A DNA stretch of 63,964 bases, counting the filler, from Licmophora abbreviata (Eukaryota): assembly GCA_900291995.1 (NCBI GenBank). It is 6 parts of 6 records of this genome, joined end to end, with 100 filler letters (N's around TTAATTAATTAA, not from the genome) between each part and the next. Parts side by side here need not be neighbours in the genome. Positions count along the whole stretch, not along the records: positions 47,243 to 55,634 come from OLMU01003930.1; positions 55,735 to 62,753 come from OLMU01003931.1; 4 more parts are not named here. One strand, given 5' to 3'. Under the pieces are notes generated by a model. It saw only the letters and a list, made by a program, of their open reading frames with translations, did not search any database and was not told the DNA's origin. Of this stretch, positions 48,606-60,089 are shown piece by piece. Made by a program: the position numbers and the translations under genes. Every line of letters begins with the position of its first letter. Position 1 is the stretch's first letter.

Positions 48606-50303
48606 ATGCCATCCACTCCGGTTGGAACTAGCCACCCATGGGCCAATTCTCCCTCTGCCAGGAGCAGCAGCCTTTCCCCTCGTAATCGGTCTCAGCGTAA
48701 AGCATTCAATATTGGGTCGCTGTTGAGCGCAGTTTTGATTTTGTTGGTACTGAACCTGGCCTTGCTAGTGTGGCATCAATTTGGTCTGTCGGTCGAGCAA
48801 GACTCCGCGACCTACTCTGGAAGTAGTCAATTGGAAGAGGAACTCACCTATTTTACATCTTCGCCTGAAAAAGTGAAACGAACTAAGCAAGTCAAGGCCT
48901 CTCGCCGAATGAAAACGAACACTGCACAAAGGTCCGGGTATGTGAACTCGCACTATCCCATTTATTACCACCCCAAGATGGATTCCTTTCATTCTACTGT
49001 CCATTGTGTCGGTGAGGGGTTTGAGATTGAGCACGCATGGATCTATCGATCCTGTCACTTTCGGAATCTCTGCATGGATACGGAAACACACGAGTACGTC
49101 TTGTTTGCCTCTCCAGAAGAGCAAGCCATCCGACAAACACTCGAGCGGTCTTCCCATGCCAAGGCGAAGAAAGACGACGGCGACTCAGTATGGCCTTACA
49201 TTCATATACCAACCACGACCTTTGGAAACAGCTCTCATGTGAGCATTGGAGGAATCAATACGAAATGGACTTGGGATCATGGAGTGCCGCGACTCGAATG
49301 GTTTCCCAAGATTCTAGAAGCGCCACCCCCGGAGGGCGTTTACATGCTGGACGAACGTGTCGTATGGGTCCCATTTCATAGTATGGCTGGCTTTAATGTC
49401 GGACATCAAATATGGGACGACTATCTGCCGATTTATACACTGCTCAGTATGTTTCAGTTGCTTCCTGAAAACGACTTTGAGCTGCTCTTGACACGTTACA
49501 TTCTACCTGGAAGCGATCCGTTGTGGGCGTCGTGTGAAACACAAGAGACTAATAACTTGGACATGTGCAACACAATGTTTCGAAAATTCGTGCCCCTCAT
49601 GGGAATTGCACGCTACGATCATTTTTCCACCAACCGTGACATCCAGGTGCGATTAAACGGTACTATTCGCTCCAAGTATGTTTGTGCTCGAAATGGCGCA
49701 GCCGGATTGGGCATGTTGACAGACCATGGAACAAAATTGCATGGATGGAGCAAGACTGATTTTGAGTCCATGCATAATCATGGACGGGGTGGAGCGTTGT
49801 TTGCGTTTCGACAGTTCCTCATGTCCAATCTGGGTCTGTCGCATCTTCCGTCGCAAGTCAAGCCTAAGCCTCCATACAGAATAACCATCTCTGTCAAGAG
49901 TTCCAGCAATCCGAATCGGAACATTGACTTTGCGAAACAAGTCGGTGCTATCAAGCAAGCGTTTCCGCCAGGTATGGTGTTAGTACAGCTTGTGGAGCTC
50001 AAGGAGATGTCGTTGGAGGAACAAGTGCGCGTTGCATCGGAAACGTCGATCTTCATTAGCGCGTGTGGAGGAGGCGCTGTGACGGCAACCTTCCTGCCCC
50101 GCGGCTCGAGTGTGCTTTTGTACTTTGTCCATCGATCTCGTAGAAGTGAGGGACCGGCGCGGCTGGATTGGGACTTGTTTAGCAATGCTGCGTACCTTCG
50201 GACACATTGGCTCCCCAAGCAGGGAATGGACGAACCGAACCGCCTGGAAATGCTCGTGAAGCTCATCCAACTTGAACTCGACACAATATCGCATTCTCAA
50301 TGA
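48606..50303 (+). CDS. GT61/DUF563-like glycosyltransferase, type II membrane protein
   Basis: N-terminal TM; motifs SCHFRNLC, NVGHQIWD and 'MSLEEQVRVASETSIFISACGGG...FLPRGS'. Confidence 0.7.
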   Translation: MPSTPVGTSHPWANSPSARSSSLSPRNRSQRKAFNIGSLLSAVLILLVLNLALLVWHQFGLSVEQDSATYSGSSQLEEELTYFTSSPEKVKRTKQVKASRRMKTNTAQRSGYVNSHYPIYYHPKMDSFHSTVHCVGEGFEIEHAWIYRSCHFRNLCMDTETHEYVLFASPEEQAIRQTLERSSHAKAKKDDGDSVWPYIHIPTTTFGNSSHVSIGGINTKWTWDHGVPRLEWFPKILEAPPPEGVYMLDERVVWVPFHSMAGFNVGHQIWDDYLPIYTLLSMFQLLPENDFELLLTRYILPGSDPLWASCETQETNNLDMCNTMFRKFVPLMGIARYDHFSTNRDIQVRLNGTIRSKYVCARNGAAGLGMLTDHGTKLHGWSKTDFESMHNHGRGGALFAFRQFLMSNLGLSHLPSQVKPKPPYRITISVKSSSNPNRNIDFAKQVGAIKQAFPPGMVLVQLVELKEMSLEEQVRVASETSIFISACGGGAVTATFLPRGSSVLLYFVHRSRRSEGPARLDWDLFSNAAYLRTHWLPKQGMDEPNRLEMLVKLIQLELDTISHSQ

Positions 50304-50367
50304 TTTGATATGTGGGGAGACGCCTCTTCCTGTGGCGAAGCTTTTTCTAAAAAGTTCTGTAGTACGA

Positions 50368-52299
50368 CTATGACTTCTTTTTCTTCCGTCGCGCCATGGC
50401 CTCCTCGGCACGACGCTTGAGCATTTCCATCTTTTCAGCCTTGCGTTTAGCATCAGCTGCAGCTGCTTCCGCCTCGGCCTCAGCCTTGGCGGCTTCCGCC
50501 ATAGCCTTTTCGATATCGTCCTCGGTGTTACTTTCGTCCACTGCAGCATGACCCGATGGTGGTTCATCGCGGACGACCTGCGCGGATGGGTCGCGCTGCA
50601 GGTACCCCATGGTGCTCCCCTCGTCGACCGGCTCGTACATGTCAATATCTTCGAACATGCTTTGACCTCTTCGATAGCGTCGGCTAGGAATCATTCTCAA
50701 TTTACCTACCGTAAAGCTTCCACCAACAATTACTTCAAGTCCGTCCAATGGATCGAGGGGAGGCGGCTGTATTATGCCGCTCCCCTCCACTCCCATAGGG
50801 TCGGTTTCGCGAAATGATGACGAGCCCAACTCGATATTCATATCTTTCATTTGCTTCATGATGGAGTCGGCTCGTTTGATCAAGGCCAGCCCGACAATGG
50901 ACGGATCTCCCGTCCCGCCGGGTTCGGCCACCGATGTCAGCGTCCCCACCGATATTTGCTCATTTGACCCCAATACAAACAACTCCAGTCCTTCCGACGG
51001 CAGCGTGGTTAAATTCTCGACTTGCGTAGACTTACTAGTCATTTCTCCGTCGGACTGGTGTTGGTAAACGTTTTCGTCGTCGTCAAAGACGACGCAGTAG
51101 AGCAGCCGTGGAGGACCCCGAGGATTTTTAACTACAGACGCCACCCCCTCCTGTCCCAAATAACAGCCCTTGTCTAGATCCAAATACGACTGCCAATGAA
51201 GTTCCAATGGACCGGCTGGGGTCGATTGTTTCTTGTGAGTGCTGCTTTTACTAGTCTTGGCAGATGTGAGCTCTTTTCTAAATGCCGGCATTCCCGCTTC
51301 GATACGAAGGGTTTCAAATTCAAGTGGTCCCAGCTCAATCGGGCCTTCGGGATTGGAGTCGCCTACAAGCGCGTTCCACACACGTTCGGCCAGGCCTCCG
51401 CTGGATGCCGCCATGTCAAGAAATATAAGAGTGCATCCGACCGATGCGCAGGATGGCAAGGTGACACTGGGCAGAATCAACAATGAAGAAGCTGTCGAGT
51501 CGTCGCCCCCCTGCGAGACTGCCGTGCACTCGGAATTCGATAACGGAAAAGTCAATGTGGTGCCGAGTATCGGCTCGACATATGTCTTGAGTGCGCGTCG
51601 TACATGCTCCATTCGGGTCGACGCGATACTCATGATTCGTGCAGACGAAGTAGCATCGCGCAATATGATTTGATCCATTGGAAAAATCAAAGGGTCCAGT
51701 CGTTCGTACAGGGTGGATCCGGCATGACCTGGTGACGTCCACAAGTATGCCTGTTCCGAAGAGGTCTGAATAACACTCACCAAATCCACTACTTTTCCCT
51801 TGGCATCCAGTAGACAGGCTTCTTGAAACACATTGGTCGAAGTCGACTGAAATGATTGCGAAAACTTGTTTTGCAAAAAGTCGGTTGTTCCGCTCCCTTG
51901 CACCGAGAGCCACCCAGTTTCGAGCGGACTGCCAGCAAGATCCCATGCCAGACATCTCGACGACCGCAGAGCACTTCGGACGGCTTCGCCTCGGAGTCCT
52001 GCCGGAGTTCCAGGTGGATATACTGACTTAAGATCTGTCTCAAACGGTGCCAAAGCAGATGGATTGGGCGGTATATACTCGTAGTCCATGTTGCTCATAC
52101 GGTGTTGAACCACGGGCGCCCGTGATGATGCCCAGCAGGGTCTCGAAAGCGCGACTCGAAGACGATTTTGAATCCCCAATGGAAATCCATTAGCCTTGAA
52201 TTGTCCGTTCAGTATAAACACGGCCAGTAGCAATCTCCTCATTGTCAATTTAGCAGTCGTCGTCGTCGTCATGGTGAAGTGAAGCTTTCCCGCCGCCAT
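50368..52299 (-). CDS. YgfZ/COG0354 folate-dependent Fe-S/tRNA-modification protein, plastid-type
   Basis: KGCYLGQE signature, LRIEAGMP and CLLDAKGK; presequence ...ANG-F. Confidence 0.85.
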   Translation of the reverse strand: MAAGKLHFTMTTTTTAKLTMRRLLLAVFILNGQFKANGFPLGIQNRLRVALSRPCWASSRAPVVQHRMSNMDYEYIPPNPSALAPFETDLKSVYPPGTPAGLRGEAVRSALRSSRCLAWDLAGSPLETGWLSVQGSGTTDFLQNKFSQSFQSTSTNVFQEACLLDAKGKVVDLVSVIQTSSEQAYLWTSPGHAGSTLYERLDPLIFPMDQIILRDATSSARIMSIASTRMEHVRRALKTYVEPILGTTLTFPLSNSECTAVSQGGDDSTASSLLILPSVTLPSCASVGCTLIFLDMAASSGGLAERVWNALVGDSNPEGPIELGPLEFETLRIEAGMPAFRKELTSAKTSKSSTHKKQSTPAGPLELHWQSYLDLDKGCYLGQEGVASVVKNPRGPPRLLYCVVFDDDENVYQHQSDGEMTSKSTQVENLTTLPSEGLELFVLGSNEQISVGTLTSVAEPGGTGDPSIVGLALIKRADSIMKQMKDMNIELGSSSFRETDPMGVEGSGIIQPPPLDPLDGLEVIVGGSFTVGKLRMIPSRRYRRGQSMFEDIDMYEPVDEGSTMGYLQRDPSAQVVRDEPPSGHAAVDESNTEDDIEKAMAEAAKAEAEAEAAAADAKRKAEKMEMLKRRAEEAMARRKKKKS

Positions 52300-52466
52300 C
52301 TTGCCATCTTGAATCTTTGGAGTTTCGATTCATTCAAGGAGAGAAAAGCTCGTCGGTTAGAGAGAGCTCGAGCACTCCCTCGTTCGAAAGCGATTTCGCG
52401 CCAACGCAACGGACCACAGCACGGTGTCGTATTCGCGTTAAACAAACAAGCGAGCTAGTAGGGTTC

Positions 52467-54608
52467 CTATGGCTTTATTTTCTCATGACACATTTGTTTA
52501 GTCTTGACCAGGAGATCTCGTGTTGCCTGCATGACCTCCGTCGAAGTCATTTCCACCCATCCACCCTTGACTTGCGTTAGAAATCGTCTCGCCTCGGCAT
52601 CTTTTGCTTCTGTTTCGTCAATGATTTGCTTTAGTATCTTCTCCTGTGACTTGGTCTGTTCCACAAATTTGTCGACGGATCGTGCAGCGATCGCCCGCCA
52701 TTGTCGGTTGCCTTCGTGATAATCCAGCATTTGAGCGTACGCATACAGAGGCGCGGCGTTCGAAAGCAGGGGCGACAACAAGACATCCTGAAAGACGGGT
52801 CTGTCAATCAACGTTTGATTCTCTAGCAACGTTGGCAATCGTATACTTGGAACATCGTTCACTCGTCCCGTTGCCATGTTTCTCCAGAACTCGGAAGAAT
52901 TAAGTTGCGATACACCAAAGAGAGCCAGCATACTCGCAAGCACAGCGATGCTGCAAAGTCGGACTACACAGCCCCTGACGCTCGTCTGCTTCGACAAATG
53001 TACAATTATCCAAAAATAGCCTGCACTGAAGGCAACCAACAGCAATACCACCAACGTACGCAGACGTCGGACATACTCTACCAAAAAGAACTCAAAAAGC
53101 GCACCGGGAATATTCGTTTCCTGCCAGGCCTCCAAGTTTTCCAATGGAAACAAGACAGACGTTAACCACCACCACCACTTTTTCTGCAGATACCGCATAG
53201 CGGAAGCTCCTCGCCTAGCATAGTGTCTGTCAGCAACCAATGCACATATATCTTCTATGGCCGTCCATCCCCACTCGGCTTCGGTATGCTTCCACAACCC
53301 CCAAGATCGCAACCACGGATATCGCATGTACTTGTTGGCATCCAACATGTCGTTCAGTGTAAATCCCCACATGTCCCATCGTAACGCAAAGTGAGGCAAT
53401 AATGGTAGCATGCGGCGACCATTATGTGAGGTCGTATTGTGCGATACTGGTCGACTGCCAAACGTCAGAATCAACACGACTCGGGCCTCCCCATCGGCGC
53501 CACCCACATGAGCACTTCCGCGATGTCGTACTTGACCATGATAGAGCAAGCCAAACCCCGCCTTCCACACCCCTTCGGCGCTACTATCTACTACAGGGAA
53601 TCCTTCTTGTTCTGCAAAGGTTCGATTCATGGCATCGCAACGATGTGTTCCAGGGCAAATGGCCGTGGCACCCATGTCCTGTGTCGTATCTTGCAGCGGA
53701 ATCAGCAATGCATAGTTCGGGAGGAAGGAGTGCGCAAATTGCATACTGGATCCATCGGGTGGCTTGTCAACATGATAGTTCTGATGCTCGGCCCCAGGGT
53801 ACGCTATTATGGTTGAGAGTGCTAAGATGGCAGGGTTCGGACCCAACAAAGATTCCAGTGTGTCTCTCAAGAAGTGATTGGACGCGATGGAATGAAGCAC
53901 TCTTGGAATGGAAGAGTGTTCAATTGCTGTCAATCCAACACTGTGCCGATTGGCATTCATCAATACGGGGAGCGTACTAGAAGAGGAACGGGATGGACTA
54001 CCATGTCGATGCAGTAGGTACTTTCGTAGCTCGGCTGCATCGGTTGGATCGATCAAATCGGCAAAGACGGCGCCGCCGTGCTGCATGACGAATTCGGTGG
54101 CATACTGAGTCGTCCTAGTAGCAGAATCCAGAAAAAGATCATCGGGAGACTGTAGGGTGATTGCGTTAGGATCGTTGGCACAGTCAAAACTTGGATAGGT
54201 CCGTTCGTTCACTCTTCGTTCCTCGGTCCATTCCAATGATCTCAAGTAAGGGTGCAAAAAGACAGTATGAACATAGAGTGAAGTCTGTAATAGCACCAAC
54301 AGTACGAGTAAGAAAGACAGTATTGGCAGCTCGATGGTGAAGATTCGAACCCAGACACTCTGAAGGACATTCGGAAGGTCGATAGGTAATGATGAGGGTG
54401 AATCACTATCAACATTCGTAGTTGTAGTAGTAGAAACTGACGAGATCGTAGCAGTACCATCGTCAAGGTCGTTTCGAGGACGAACTCGCTTGATGACTGT
54501 TTTCGTCCTGATTACTTTACGGGTCGTAGTCGAGGAGATCACTCGTCGACCATTTTTAGGAGAAGAGGAAGGACGAGCGAGTTGTTGAGGTGGATCATTT
54601 GTAGTCAT
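52467..54608 (-). CDS. Membrane-anchored PhyH-family Fe(II)/2-oxoglutarate dioxygenase
   Basis: HxD...H triad: QNYHVD, LIPLQD..MGAT.ICPGTH, HRGSAH; flanking TM helices. Confidence 0.78.
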   Translation of the reverse strand: MTTNDPPQQLARPSSSPKNGRRVISSTTTRKVIRTKTVIKRVRPRNDLDDGTATISSVSTTTTTNVDSDSPSSLPIDLPNVLQSVWVRIFTIELPILSFLLVLLVLLQTSLYVHTVFLHPYLRSLEWTEERRVNERTYPSFDCANDPNAITLQSPDDLFLDSATRTTQYATEFVMQHGGAVFADLIDPTDAAELRKYLLHRHGSPSRSSSSTLPVLMNANRHSVGLTAIEHSSIPRVLHSIASNHFLRDTLESLLGPNPAILALSTIIAYPGAEHQNYHVDKPPDGSSMQFAHSFLPNYALLIPLQDTTQDMGATAICPGTHRCDAMNRTFAEQEGFPVVDSSAEGVWKAGFGLLYHGQVRHRGSAHVGGADGEARVVLILTFGSRPVSHNTTSHNGRRMLPLLPHFALRWDMWGFTLNDMLDANKYMRYPWLRSWGLWKHTEAEWGWTAIEDICALVADRHYARRGASAMRYLQKKWWWWLTSVLFPLENLEAWQETNIPGALFEFFLVEYVRRLRTLVVLLLVAFSAGYFWIIVHLSKQTSVRGCVVRLCSIAVLASMLALFGVSQLNSSEFWRNMATGRVNDVPSIRLPTLLENQTLIDRPVFQDVLLSPLLSNAAPLYAYAQMLDYHEGNRQWRAIAARSVDKFVEQTKSQEKILKQIIDETEAKDAEARRFLTQVKGGWVEMTSTEVMQATRDLLVKTKQMCHEKIKP

Positions 54609-54887
54609 TATACGGTTGCCGTTCGTTTCCCCATGGTCGAGCGAATCTTGACGCGAATCTCAATCAATCTTGATGTGTATTTTGTCCGCGGTTCGCGCGC
54701 GGGAAAAAAAGTATCGGGGCAAGTCTGTCTGTCCCCCCTACAAATAGTGATATTTGTTGTTACGTAAAATCTGGTATCAACTCTCGCGCACGTGCATCAT
54801 CATACACTTTCTACACACTCACAGGGAATCCGAACTTCCATTCGACTTCACAATTGCGGCGCTGCTTCCCTGCTGCTCTCCCCCACC

Positions 54888-55512
54888 ATGGTCCGCGTTT
54901 GGTATGAACCTCCGCCCTTTGGGCCTCGCACATCCTTGAATCGTGCTCCTTATGGTATTCCGGCAGGGTCCAGGACACCAGCATGGCTCGTGAAATTGAG
55001 CAAAATGCCAAAATACCAGGCCATTCCCGCCCTCATCGGCGCCACCGCAGTGCTGGCCTACATTCCGTTGAGTACGTAGAAGTATACTGCAGTGCGCATA
55101 CGTGATGGAATTCAGTATCGTGGGCGATTGTGGTTTTACAGAGTGGCGATGACACAATGGCGACGACGATGACGCGAGCTGGATGTGTCTGGCGCTGTTG
55201 TGCCTTGCTATTGATTCTTGTCCACTTGCGCTTTTTGCCTGTGTGTTAACTGATCCTTCTCACACCTTCTCTTTCCTCGCGCTCTCTATAGTTGGTACGA
55301 AACTCCCATTCACCATGTCGCCCGAATATCAGGCGGCCCAGAGAGCTTACATGCGCTATCACAACATGAACCCAATCTACGGAATTTCTTCCAAGTGAGT
55401 AGAATTCAAGCATGAACTATGTAAACCTCTGAAGGAATTCCTTGTTGTGGTTTCTGACTGTGCTGTCGCTTTTTGCCTTTTGCGTTACGCTACTTTTAGG
55501 GAAGAGCGTTAG
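54888..55512 (+). CDS. Small single-TM protein resembling cytochrome c oxidase subunit IV (yeast Cox5); introns 55072-55291 and 55395-55499
   Basis: Spliced C-terminus 'LPFTMSPEYQAAQRAYMRYHNMNPIYGISSK' after one TM helix. Confidence 0.6.
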
Positions 55513-55634
55513 AGACAATCATCTAATGCGGACGACGGGAGTTGGGAGGTCATCGTGATGGTTTAGTAGAGAATAAATCGACGAGCGTTGGGAGTAGGAG
55601 CGGTACTAAGTAGGATGGTATTTCTAGTGACAAC

Positions 55635-55734
55635 NNNNNNNNNNNNNNNNNNNNNNNNNNNNNNNNNNNNNNNNNNNNTTAATTAATTAANNNNNNNNNN
55701 NNNNNNNNNNNNNNNNNNNNNNNNNNNNNNNNNN
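55635..55734. other. Artificial contig linker/gap
   Basis: 44 N + TTAATTAATTAA + 44 N. Confidence 0.97.
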
Positions 55735-55779
55735 CACGGGGTTGCCCCGGGTTTCCCCCACGACCTTCCATCACTCTTT

Positions 55780-56907
55780 CTATACACTCTCATCATCGTA
55801 TATCAAAAAGTCCAACACGTGCTGTCTCCACTCGCGCGGTCGTTCCAGTGGCACGGCGTGCCCGCAGTCTTCCAAAACGTGCAGAGGCCAGCCCAGCTGC
55901 TCGGAGAGCTCTTGTGCGGACTCGACGGGTGCCATACTATCCTCGCGTCCCACCAAGAGGCATGCACTGTTGATACTACTGGTAGGATGTTGACGATGAG
56001 TATCAAGTACTATTCTTTTTGCCATGGACTTCACGTGCCATGGGTCGTTGTTGGAATCATCCGTGGGGTAGGTTTGTTGCAACAGAGCATGCAGCCCTTC
56101 CACGGTGTTCGTGTTGCACAGAAATTCTATCCACATTGTGAGCTTCGCTCGATTCTCGAATATAAAATGGGAGGAATACGTCGTTTGCATGGCACACCGC
56201 GCAAAGGCGCGGAGCGCTACATGCTGGTAGTCCTGGACGTCGTATAACGCGTCATCACTAATAGTAGTCATGATACCATCACCACTTCTCCTGTGCGCAA
56301 GAAGCATAATATCTTTCCAAGCTTCAACCGTTATATGCCCTGCCGGAGATCGGTCCAGTGCAACTCCTGTTAGGTGTAGTTTGTGAATTCTCTCGGGATG
56401 TATCCCGCACAGCGCCATGGCCAAGCGTGCACCCCATGAGTAGGCGACAACGTTCCATTTTGGTGTAGCAGTGGTGCTACCATCAGTACTACTAGTATGA
56501 TCTCGGACTTCGGTGCTTTCCAGGACACACAGAAGTCGTTCTAATTGTTTTGGAAATGTAACGTTGTAGAATTTTTCTGACGAGAGACAATGAACACTGT
56601 TTTCCGAAGATGATGGTGATGGACCGAATCCCAGTCCTTCGTAAACAAGGATAGGGCCTGTATATCGTCGCGACAGAGCTAACACGTGGGATTCGTAGGA
56701 TTCAATACTCTGCGCCAACCCAGGCAGAAGAAGCAGTGGTGGTTCGTTGTTCCTACTCGTAGTAGCAGTAGTATGCTTGACAGTCGACGGTACCAGCAGA
56801 CATCGCTGTCCCTGGATATGCTGGGGCGATGGTGTTGGTAGGCAATGGCAGTGGCACAAGAAAGCTGCGGTCACGAGAAGATGGAGGAGATGATAGAACG
56901 GCATCAT
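55780..56907 (-). CDS. Alpha/beta hydrolase with signal peptide
   Basis: Motifs LLPGLAQ, AYSWGA nucleophile elbow, VGREDSM (Asp) and CGHAVPLERP (His). Confidence 0.85.
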   Translation of the reverse strand: MMPFYHLLHLLVTAAFLCHCHCLPTPSPQHIQGQRCLLVPSTVKHTTATTSRNNEPPLLLLPGLAQSIESYESHVLALSRRYTGPILVYEGLGFGPSPSSSENSVHCLSSEKFYNVTFPKQLERLLCVLESTEVRDHTSSTDGSTTATPKWNVVAYSWGARLAMALCGIHPERIHKLHLTGVALDRSPAGHITVEAWKDIMLLAHRRSGDGIMTTISDDALYDVQDYQHVALRAFARCAMQTTYSSHFIFENRAKLTMWIEFLCNTNTVEGLHALLQQTYPTDDSNNDPWHVKSMAKRIVLDTHRQHPTSSINSACLLVGREDSMAPVESAQELSEQLGWPLHVLEDCGHAVPLERPREWRQHVLDFLIYDDESV

Positions 56908-57086
56908 CGGCGCTCATCGCGATAGCGGGCCGCGATTGATTCCATCATGTTTCAGTTTTGATTTTTGGAAGAAACACCTACTCGTACATCCGGTAGAAAG
57001 ATACCTTCAATGTGTGACGTCATTCGTGTCTGAAGTCACCTAACGTAGTTCGTAGGTACAACATGGCAACGAAGCATGCACCATCA

Positions 57087-57731
57087 TTAGTCTCTTATTA
57101 TCTGTCCCCGATGGTCTCTCGGTGCCTTGGGCTTATACGTCCACTTGTTGTCTTGATAGCTAGTTCGAAGCTCAATCCCGCCTTCATCAATGTTGGCCAG
57201 ATACAAAGTCGCGGCGAACCCTCGAATCTCCACAACTGCGACATCCCTCCCGATGACACTACTGAGGTCAAATACCAACTGATCGGTCACTCCATGGACA
57301 TTTCGTCGAGACTCCTTGCTCACACTCCTGATCTGGAGGAGTTCGTCTGTCTCGAACAATTTGGCAATATCAATCAAAGTGTCGTCCGTAAAGTCCCCGG
57401 AGCTCTCCGCGGCCGGAAGAGAGTACTGTGGAAGTGTTCTTCTCGCCATGCGCTTGGAAGATTCCTTTCTCAAAAGTTTGATTTGATTGGGAGTCAATTC
57501 CATGCCGAAGTAGTCCTCCTCCTCATCTTCATCCTCTGCAGCACTTGACAGCTGAATCATCGCGGAGCGGCGACGCCTGTGCTGATGGAGTCCATCAATA
57601 TACTTTGTCACTTGTCGGAGTGAGAATGGGGCAGGAGCTACCTGGAAGCCTTGCACAGTATTGTCGCTAATGACGGCGCATAAAACGACTAGAAACAGTG
57701 GGAATGCCTGGAGCAGCAGCATCACAATCAT
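57087..57731 (-). CDS. CRM/YhbY-like RNA-binding protein, plastid-targeted
   Basis: Presequence ...VQG-FQ; 'ELTPNQIKLLR...DELLQIR...VVEIRGFAATLY' follows the CRM pattern. Confidence 0.65.
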   Translation of the reverse strand: MIVMLLLQAFPLFLVVLCAVISDNTVQGFQVAPAPFSLRQVTKYIDGLHQHRRRRSAMIQLSSAAEDEDEEEDYFGMELTPNQIKLLRKESSKRMARRTLPQYSLPAAESSGDFTDDTLIDIAKLFETDELLQIRSVSKESRRNVHGVTDQLVFDLSSVIGRDVAVVEIRGFAATLYLANIDEGGIELRTSYQDNKWTYKPKAPRDHRGQIIRD

Positions 57732-58026
57732 CTCGCTGATGTGAGATATTGAAAATGATGGGAAGTTACGGATAATTGAACGAGAGTGAGCAAGATGATG
57801 AGTGGCTGATGGGCGTTGACACGTCCTTACTTCACACCTCACCGCGAGTTGCATCAAATCTTCCAAATTTCCAAATAATTTCGAACCCCGCGGCTACTGT
57901 TGCGTGTCACGACGAAGCGACGACCGCGACTGTCGAGATTGTTCGTCGTTGCCGCGCTTTCATCTCAAACTGCAGGTTGCAGGGGATATGTTTCTTCGTG
58001 CTAGACACGAAAAAAGCAGGGCCAGC

Positions 58027-60089
58027 ATGAGAGGGCGCAGTGGCGGTGGTGGACGGGGGCTTATACTTTGGCTGATGGTGCCGTTCCTTTTCTTGTTTGT
58101 TTCCGTCGGAGCCTGGACTTCGGTTTCGTCGGAACAGCATAATACAATTACAGCGAAACCACGGAGACGCGCTTCCATTCGCAGCTCCTTTGCCACGACA
58201 TCTCTGGATGGTATTTCGAAATCGCAAGTAGCTGTATTGGATGGTGCCGAATGGGTATCGGTACAGAGACTTCTACAAGAGCAAGGGCGGCACCCCACGA
58301 GGACCACACCATCCCAGATTGGATATATGACTGTGTTGACAGGCAGCACACTAGAGTCACCGGACGAACGCATAGTGGGAATTCAAGCTGAGGATGACGA
58401 TGCTTCGGGCCTGGGCACAGTCAGGCTATCCGATACTGTCCATATTTACAAAGACTCTATGGCAACGATTCCCAACAAGATGAGCGATACTACTGCCATA
58501 GAAACTCTGATCTCGTCGCTGGCATCGGTTCATTGCGCCTTGCCTCGCATCGACCATGTGGGTGGATCCGAGGAAGCCAGTTTTGTATCGGGAAAAGTTG
58601 TGATCATGGGTGGGAGTGATTATGCATGCTTTGCGGCCGAGTAAGTGCGAAAATACTGTGCAGGGCATCGATGGCTTGTGGGAATCGTAGCACCCAGGCG
58701 AGTGACTCATCCTTCCGATGCGTGGGTTTACCCGACAGAGGTTTGGCGGCAATGGGAGCTACTGCCCACTTGGTAACAACCAACGCGCCCAAGATCAAGA
58801 GCAACCAAGGTGAGTAATATTTATGACATGGCATGCGTCTGCTGCCCGTGAATTCCATTCACTTGTTGACACCGGTCTTTTCGCTAACTCGTACATCCTT
58901 TTCTTCAGTCCAAGTCTTGACGCCAGCCATTGGAGAATTGGAAGTCGGGTTCTCTGCTTATGTTGGAGAGTTTGATGTCTTGCTGGATACAATGAGCGAC
59001 GAAGCGCGTGGTAGGATGGTACTGTCTGACGACCGTGACAACGGCCAGTTCTATGGACGAGCGGTTGGTGGCGTTGTGGAGGAGCTCAGCAAGCAACACA
59101 ATTGTCGAAGGTACGAATGAACACACCCCGAAAGCGGGCTATGGGACACACGCCCATCTGGACTAACCGTCGTTATGGCCGGCTGCTCTTGCTGCTATTT
59201 CAGGTATGTGTCCACCATGTCCGCCTCGCAGCGTATTGTGCGAGACGAAGGTGTCTTCTTCGGACCAAAGAAGGCCGATCAACACATGGCAGAAGTCACC
59301 AAAGCAATTTCGACGAAATCGCAGAGAGACGATGACTATCAAAAGGTGATTCCGCCCGCCGGCTTTTGTGTGACTCTCCAGACTCTCCTGAACAAGGATA
59401 TTACGTATTCGTGGAAAGCAAAATCAAAGTACGTTGCCATACGCGGATGGGCCCTCAAAGAGTTTTGGGAACTCACCACATGGCCACGAGACTCGTCGGT
59501 CAATGTGCGCTTTGGGCTTCCAGTGGTAGAAGACGTCATGGAGCTTTACGACGATGACGACGTGGAAGATGAACGCATGATCTCAGATCCTACCCCTTAT
59601 CTTCGTGAAAAGTTTAAGATTGAGGAGGGCATGACGCGTGCGCAGATCAAAGAGAACGAGGAAGAAAAGGCGGCAACATCTTCCGATCCATTTGTTACCA
59701 ACATTGAAGGCGTGAAGGGACTGCAGCTTGACATAATATTACCGAAACGAGACTGCCTCCTATTCTTGTCGGCTCCCTGGTGTCGCACATGCAAGTCACT
59801 TTCACAAGGATATACGCGCATGGCCCGACAACATGGAGACGAGAGTCTGCTGTTTGCCAAAGCGAACGCTTCAGGGAAACAAGGCAAGCTGCTGGGAAAG
59901 GTGTTGGAAGTCGAGGTTGTGCCTTCGTTTGTCATGTTTCGACGGGGGAAACTGTACGGGACACCGTTGGGTGTAACACGTCTGCCGTCTGAAAAGCTCA
60001 ATCGAGCTTTGGAACACATGCGAGATGGCGAGGAATGGGACAGCTCAATACTACAAGAAGACACAACCGATTTGAGGGACAATGAATAA
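58027..60089 (+). CDS. Degenerate MDR/quinone-oxidoreductase-like region fused to a C-terminal thioredoxin (WCRTC); introns 58641-58738, 58810-58908 and 59111-59203
   Basis: Motifs KVVIMGGS..A..A.EGL.AMGA and FDVLLDT; LFLSAPWCRTCK...VPSF. Signal peptide ...VGA-W. Confidence 0.7.
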
